A stretch of DNA of 64,000 nucleotides from Terriglobia bacterium (GTDB lineage Bacteria; Acidobacteriota; Terriglobia; JAIQFV01). The notes beneath the pieces are model-generated. The model did no database searches. It was not told the origin of the DNA and worked only from the letters and a program-made list of their open reading frames with translations. How positions within the stretch are numbered: position 1 is the first letter of the stretch; each line of letters opens with the position of its first letter. The stretch lies in the NCBI GenBank assembly GCA_020072965.1, contig JAIQFY010000011.1, positions 14,925 through 78,924 of the forward strand, in the 5' to 3' direction. A program made the position numbers and the translations under genes. Below, piece after piece: positions 58,910 to 64,000 of this stretch.

Positions 58910-60700
58910 ATGCAATCCCGGAAGCGACAACGACAAAGCATGCTGGTGCTGGTGATCTTTCTGCTCGCAGTCTTTCTCGTCGTGTCTTATCGATTCTACA
59001 AGGAAACCGAAATCAAGGTGGTGGCACAGTCCGGCGTTCAACAATGGTTGATTGCAGAAACGGCCGCGGCGGGAGTGGAAGGGTACTTTGACACCATTTA
59101 CAAGCGCCTGGAAAAGGAATCCACGACCCTCGCCGCCCGCCCTGCGAACCAGCCCATTGCAGACCATTCACTCGACGCACTCTATCTCGATTTGTCGTAC
59201 CGGATTGCAGGGGTCTACCTGCTGAACGACAAATTTCAGATCGAGGTCTTTCGATCCAACGATCCCCAACTACGTAGTTATCTGCCGCAGATCACGGGAC
59301 CCTTGATGACCGCCCTTCTGCGCGGAGAACATGTGGTAGGCTCTCCGGTCGCCATCAGTAACTATGAATACATCTTCGAGATCCTCGAACCGGTGCTCGA
59401 TTCGGGGGGGCACTTGAAGATGGCCCTCGGCGCCGCGGTTCCCCTCCGGAATTTGAGCTCTCTCTATCTCGACCCGTTGAATTCCACCAAGACCCATTAC
59501 GCGTGGATGCTGGATCAGAAAGGGATGCTTCTCTACAATCCACGTCACGCCGAGATGCTGGGACACCAGATTCTCCAAAACCGCCAGGAGTGTTTTTCCT
59601 GCCACCTTAATTTCGAGACGGAAGAACGTATGGTGCGCGGGGATACGGGGACGGCGACCATCGAATTCAGGAACAAGGACCGGGACCTGGTCGCCTTTAC
59701 ACCCATCCGCATGGGTAATCAGCATTGGTCGCTCGCCGTTTCGATCCCCTATACCGAGGCCACCGCACTCACCCGTGACAGTTTTCGCAACACTCTCCTC
59801 CTGGTGGCCTTCTTCTTCTCGATCATTATTGGCGGGGCGGTGCTGGTCATGAACATGCACGCCCGCAGCATCAAGGCCGAAGAGGAGGCGCGGTTCACAA
59901 GACGGCAGGCGCAACTCGAGCGTCAATTGCTGCAGTCAGAACAACTGGCGGGCATCGGCCGTATGACCTCGCAGATTGCCCATCAAATCAAGACGCCGCT
60001 CTCGGCCATCTCGTTGAACATTGAGTATCTCGAAAAAGAAGTCCGAAAGCGCCTCCTTTCCAGTGGCGTCCCGATGGGTGATGCTTCGCTGGAAGACATC
60101 GAGAATGTCACGGCTTCAGTCACCAGCGAGATTCAGCGTCTGGCCGCTTTGATCGAAGACTATTTGAAATTTGCGCGCCTTCCTAAACCCGTCTTTCATC
60201 CGGGTTCACTGACCGAAATGTTGGAAAGCCAGGCGGCGTTTTTGGAAAAGGAAATGGGAGACCGTCACATTCAGTTGAAGGTAGACGCTGCGCCTGCGGG
60301 AAGCGGTGAGGCCGGCGGCCCCGATAAGATTCTGATGGATGAAAACCTGATCTGGCAGGCCGTTACCAATCTCATCCGCAACTCGGCCGAGGCAATGCCC
60401 TCAGGCGGTACGATCACACTGCGCGTAAGATGCGCCGACAATGACGTCGAATTCAAAGTCTCGGACGAAGGGACCGGAATCCCCGAAGACAAGCTCCCCC
60501 ACATCTTTGAACCCTTCTTCACGACCAAGCCTGACGGAACCGGATTGGGACTCTCTTATGTCCACCGGGTCGTCACCGAACATCACGCTTTCATCGCCTG
60601 CCAGAGCCGCATGGGCGTGGGAACATCATTCACGATTAACTTTCCCCGGTGGACAGACCAATCCCTGGAAGATGGAGCCTATGTTGATGCTAAATCGTGA
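58910..60700 (+). CDS. Sensor histidine kinase with periplasmic Cache-like domain containing CxxCH
   Basis: Two TMs; CFSCH in the periplasmic region; AHQIKTPL, NLIRNS, DEGTGI, FEPFFTTK, GTGLGL. Confidence 0.9.
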   Translation: MQSRKRQRQSMLVLVIFLLAVFLVVSYRFYKETEIKVVAQSGVQQWLIAETAAAGVEGYFDTIYKRLEKESTTLAARPANQPIADHSLDALYLDLSYRIAGVYLLNDKFQIEVFRSNDPQLRSYLPQITGPLMTALLRGEHVVGSPVAISNYEYIFEILEPVLDSGGHLKMALGAAVPLRNLSSLYLDPLNSTKTHYAWMLDQKGMLLYNPRHAEMLGHQILQNRQECFSCHLNFETEERMVRGDTGTATIEFRNKDRDLVAFTPIRMGNQHWSLAVSIPYTEATALTRDSFRNTLLLVAFFFSIIIGGAVLVMNMHARSIKAEEEARFTRRQAQLERQLLQSEQLAGIGRMTSQIAHQIKTPLSAISLNIEYLEKEVRKRLLSSGVPMGDASLEDIENVTASVTSEIQRLAALIEDYLKFARLPKPVFHPGSLTEMLESQAAFLEKEMGDRHIQLKVDAAPAGSGEAGGPDKILMDENLIWQAVTNLIRNSAEAMPSGGTITLRVRCADNDVEFKVSDEGTGIPEDKLPHIFEPFFTTKPDGTGLGLSYVHRVVTEHHAFIACQSRMGVGTSFTINFPRWTDQSLEDGAYVDAKS

Positions 60701-61799
60701 TTCAGATCCCCTGATTCGACAGCAGCGCCGGGGTCGAACCCGGAAATTGGCCCAGGGACGATCTCTCACAAGGCGGGCCCTGCGCCTTGTTTCCACGAGT
60801 CTCGTTTTTGGGACAGGTCTCCTCGCGGCCTTGCTGGGTTTTTCGGCAGTCAACGCAGGTTCCACATTCGGGTCGCCGGATTGTACCCTCTGCCATGCGA
60901 ATTCAAAAACCCCTGTTACCCAGGACATGCTCAAAGACTCTGTCCATGCACGGCTCACGTGTATTGATTGTCATACTGGAATCCTGAATGCTCCCCATGC
61001 CGAGAAGCCCCCAGCCGTAGACTGTGGATCCTGCCATGCCGCCGAATCAATGGGATGGCACAAGAGTCCGCACGCGGTGAGGCCGGGCGCTCCTACCTGT
61101 GTCGGTTGCCATGGAACTCATTCCATGCATGCAATTCGCCCCGGGAACAACTCTGTCATCAAGCTGCAGATTGCCCAGCTCTGCGAAAAATGTCACGACA
61201 AGCAATTTGCCAGCTACAAGACCAGCGTTCATGCCCGAGCCTTGGAAAGAGGAGATGGAGAGGCGGCCACCTGCACCGATTGCCATGGCGGGCATGCCAT
61301 CCAAGGTCCCGAATCCGCCGGTTCGCCGGTGGCTCCTGCTTCCGTTTCCAGCACCTGCGGCGCCTGTCACGCCGATAAGAAGACCATGTCGATGTCCGGG
61401 CTCCCTACAGACCGGGTGTCCACATTCCGTAGCAGTTTTCACGCTGCCGCGTTGAGAATGGGGAACATGAAAGCTGCCACCTGTGCCTCATGCCATGGCG
61501 CCCATGACATCCTAGCTTCCCCCGATCCCGCCTCGCGCACCAGTCCGGCCAATTTGCCGAAGACATGCAGTCGATGCCATGCCGGTGTGAAGCAGGGGTT
61601 TGCCGGTGTCAGGATCCATGTTGATGTCAGCCCGACTGGGGCGAGAGCCGCCTGGTTTGTCCGAATCTTTTACATTGCATTCATCAGCATCCTGGTGCTG
61701 GGTTTCATCATTCACATTCTCGCCGAGCGCTTGGGGGCACTGAGAAAGAGAAGGATTGCGCACCGCGATGCTTCTTCGGAAAAGGGGGGTGTCCAATGA
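60672..61799 (+). CDS. Nonaheme cytochrome c, CbcL-type c domain with C-terminal TM anchor
   Basis: 9 CxxCH motifs, repeated SVH axial motifs; start uncertain (60672-60687). Confidence 0.85.
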   Translation: MEPMLMLNRDSDPLIRQQRRGRTRKLAQGRSLTRRALRLVSTSLVFGTGLLAALLGFSAVNAGSTFGSPDCTLCHANSKTPVTQDMLKDSVHARLTCIDCHTGILNAPHAEKPPAVDCGSCHAAESMGWHKSPHAVRPGAPTCVGCHGTHSMHAIRPGNNSVIKLQIAQLCEKCHDKQFASYKTSVHARALERGDGEAATCTDCHGGHAIQGPESAGSPVAPASVSSTCGACHADKKTMSMSGLPTDRVSTFRSSFHAAALRMGNMKAATCASCHGAHDILASPDPASRTSPANLPKTCSRCHAGVKQGFAGVRIHVDVSPTGARAAWFVRIFYIAFISILVLGFIIHILAERLGALRKRRIAHRDASSEKGGVQ

Positions 61800-62524
61800 A
61801 TACCGCAGGTGGCCCCGAACAAGTAGACCGCAGGCCCTCGCGACAACCCGGCGCCACAATCAGCCGCCTCACATTATGGCAAAGGTGGGAGCACGGCCTG
61901 ATGGCACTTTCTGTCACGCTGCTCATCCTATCGGGTGTTGCTCTGACATACCATGAGCAAGCTTGGGCCCGATTCTTGATCTGGCTTATGGGCGGGTTGC
62001 AGGGCCGTCACTGGGTTCATCGAACCGCCGCCATAGGCCTCCTGGTCGCTGGTCTGCTGCATTTACTCGGCTTGATGCTATCTGAGCGGCATAAACGTGA
62101 TTTTCGTGAGGTCAAGCCAAGACCAAACGATTTCCGTGCCGCTTGGTCGGGGTTGAAATTTGCCTTTTCCGGAAAGGGGGAACCGCCCCATTACGGTTGG
62201 TTTACTCCCATGCAAAAGCTTCAATACTGGGGGGTGCTGATTGGATGTTTGTTGATGGGAGTCTCAGGGGTGCTTCTGTGGAACCCCGTCTTCACGCTGA
62301 ATTCCTTCCCCAAGTGGGTTCTGGACACCATGCTGGTCCTCCACGCCACGGAGGCCCAGTTCATCTTTGTGCTATTCATCCTCTGGCATCTATATGACGT
62401 CCACGTCGCGGAAGGAAATTTTCCGATGAACCCCGCCTGGCTTACAGGAAGGATGTCGGAGGAGCACTTCGCCCGGCAGCACCGTGCCTCCTGGGAAAAC
62501 GGTCGCTCCAAGGAGGAGGCATGA
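61796..62524 (+). CDS. Cytochrome b subunit (FdnI/Ni_hydr_CYTB-like)
   Basis: QRWEH, VHRTAA, QKLQYWG, LHATEA, LWHLY, FPMNPAWLTG; ATGA overlaps on both sides. Confidence 0.88.
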   Translation: MNTAGGPEQVDRRPSRQPGATISRLTLWQRWEHGLMALSVTLLILSGVALTYHEQAWARFLIWLMGGLQGRHWVHRTAAIGLLVAGLLHLLGLMLSERHKRDFREVKPRPNDFRAAWSGLKFAFSGKGEPPHYGWFTPMQKLQYWGVLIGCLLMGVSGVLLWNPVFTLNSFPKWVLDTMLVLHATEAQFIFVLFILWHLYDVHVAEGNFPMNPAWLTGRMSEEHFARQHRASWENGRSKEEA

Positions 62525-63630
62525 CGCGCTCGCTCTTCAAGCCGCTTGCCCTCGAAGCCGCATTTGTCCTTCTCGGGATGACCTGGCTTGTAACCCCCCT
62601 CCCGGTCCGCGCTCAAGAAGACATTCGATGCCTTACTTGTCATGGCAAGCCCGGTTTCGAAAAAACGCTTCCCTCTGGCAAGAAGCTCGAATTATTTGTA
62701 GATCCGATGCGTTTGCGTCTCTCCGTCCACAAGGATCGGAAGTGCGTCGACTGCCATGCCGATGTGACCGAAGTCCCGCATCCCGAGATCCCCCAGAAAG
62801 TGAACTGTGGACGATGCCACTTCCTGGGTAACTCAGTAGGAGCCCCTCAGCTGCAAAGATACATCGAGTATGGGACGAGCGTTCATGGGAAAGCGCTGGC
62901 CGAAGGAAATCCCAAGGCTCCTGTTTGTCAGGATTGTCATGGAGACCATTTCATTCTTCCCGGCTCCGATGCCCGTTCTCAGGTGAACCACAAGAGCATT
63001 CCTCAGACCTGCGGGGGTTGTCATCTGGAAATCTACGCCCAGTACCAGGAATCAGTGCACGGACAGGCCCTGATCAAGGGAGTCAAAGATGCGCCGGTGT
63101 GCACCAACTGTCATGGAGAGCACAATATCCTCAAACCCCAGGACAAGACCTCCACCGTGAATCCCGGAACAGTAGTGAACACATGCTCCAAATGCCATTC
63201 CAAGGTCGTCATCATGGAGAAGTACGGGGTCAAGGCGGAGCAGGTGGCCACCTACCGGGAATCCTTCCATGGGATTGCCAACGAATTCGGGATGCTCAAG
63301 GCGGCCAACTGTGCCTCCTGTCATACCGCTCATCAGATTTTCCCGGAGCAGGACCCCCGTTCGACGGTCAATTCAAGAAACATCCCGCTCACCTGCGGAA
63401 AATGTCACCCCGGGGCCAATGCCAACTTTGCCCAGGGGCGAATTCATCTCAACCCCAAGGACAAATCGGCGGGAATCGTTTACTGGGTAGCATTGGGCTT
63501 CAAGGTCTTGACTCTATCAACACTCGCTGGTCTCCTGATCCATATCGCCCTCGACCTCTATCGCCGGTTCAAGAACCGGAAGCAGCCGGGTGAGAAGAAG
63601 GAAGTTGAAGTCGCGGAGAAGTCGCAATGA
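62521..63630 (+). CDS. Nonaheme cytochrome c, CbcL-type c domain with C-terminal TM anchor
   Basis: 9 CxxCH motifs, signal peptide, CGKCHPGANANF..GRIH as in the 56816 protein. Confidence 0.88.
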   Translation: MTRSLFKPLALEAAFVLLGMTWLVTPLPVRAQEDIRCLTCHGKPGFEKTLPSGKKLELFVDPMRLRLSVHKDRKCVDCHADVTEVPHPEIPQKVNCGRCHFLGNSVGAPQLQRYIEYGTSVHGKALAEGNPKAPVCQDCHGDHFILPGSDARSQVNHKSIPQTCGGCHLEIYAQYQESVHGQALIKGVKDAPVCTNCHGEHNILKPQDKTSTVNPGTVVNTCSKCHSKVVIMEKYGVKAEQVATYRESFHGIANEFGMLKAANCASCHTAHQIFPEQDPRSTVNSRNIPLTCGKCHPGANANFAQGRIHLNPKDKSAGIVYWVALGFKVLTLSTLAGLLIHIALDLYRRFKNRKQPGEKKEVEVAEKSQ

Positions 63631-64000
63631 GTGAAGAGAAGAGAACCTCGATCGAAGAAAGCCTTTGGGCTCAGAAGGACACGGCGGAGACGGCTGCCCG
63701 CTTGTCTCGGAGCATTTCTGATTCCGTGAGGAGAGAATTGCCGAAGGGTCTCCCGGAACCGCAGTTCAAGCGCTTGAAGAAGGAGCTTCTGGCTTCGCTT
63801 GAGAAGGAAATGGCCCTCGAGAGCCGGCGGGTCATCCGCCTCTTTCTGGATGAAGAAGAGGCACAACAGAAACATCTGGAGAAAAGGCGGAAGCGGAAAG
63901 TCCTTTTCGAAGAGTCCGTGGAGCGCATCAGTGTGAATCAACGTGCCCAGCACATGATCCTTCTTACCTGTACCGTGCTGCTTATCATCACCGGACTGCC
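63627..64000 (+). CDS. Cytochrome b subunit, 5' part (truncated by window end)
   Basis: ATG overlapping the previous stop; open to the end: MSEEKRT...VERISVNQRAQHMILLTCTVLLIITGL, matching the first heme-b helix of the paralogs. Confidence 0.8.
   Translation, partial: MSEEKRTSIEESLWAQKDTAETAARLSRSISDSVRRELPKGLPEPQFKRLKKELLASLEKEMALESRRVIRLFLDEEEAQQKHLEKRRKRKVLFEESVERISVNQRAQHMILLTCTVLLIITGL

Overview
Bacterial chromosomal segment, probably Acidobacteriota (inferred from gene content), with no rRNA, tRNA, CRISPR array or intact mobile element that I can see. The first half (1-33.4 kb) is mixed housekeeping and accessory genes: PfpI, GT2, O-methyltransferase, TPR, TlpA/ferritin-like/GlcG/YgfZ, MFS, nucleoside hydrolase, DHH, a thioesterase-ketosynthase-methyltransferase-FAD oxidoreductase cluster, a large secreted protein, ROK, S9 and M28 peptidases, patatin, SDR, a Tat-signal PLP enzyme and a HAD, plus GTAG-type REP palindromes. 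From 34 kb to the end every gene is on the + strand and forms an anaerobic redox island. It begins with GNAT, a fused 2-oxoacid:ferredoxin oxidoreductase, OsmC, NfnAB, OsmC, glutamate dehydrogenase and a radical SAM protein. It continues with a candidate extracellular electron transfer cluster: MtrA/DmsE-type decaheme cytochrome plus beta-barrel porin, a pentaheme cytochrome with an extra CX10CH motif, split-Soret cytochrome c, ResB/CcsA maturation, a CDF exporter, three CbcL-like multiheme-c/cytochrome-b modules and a CxxCH-containing sensor kinase (47 canonical CxxCH motifs by my count). The strongest signal not explained by the ORFs is one promoter architecture shared by the oxidoreductase, mtrAB and resB operons: a four-part GCAAC/GTTGC element about 118-120 bp upstream of a sigma54 -24/-12 motif, together with a Rex/CRP-like TGTGAA-N4-TTCACA box. 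All functional calls come from motif recognition, not database searches.
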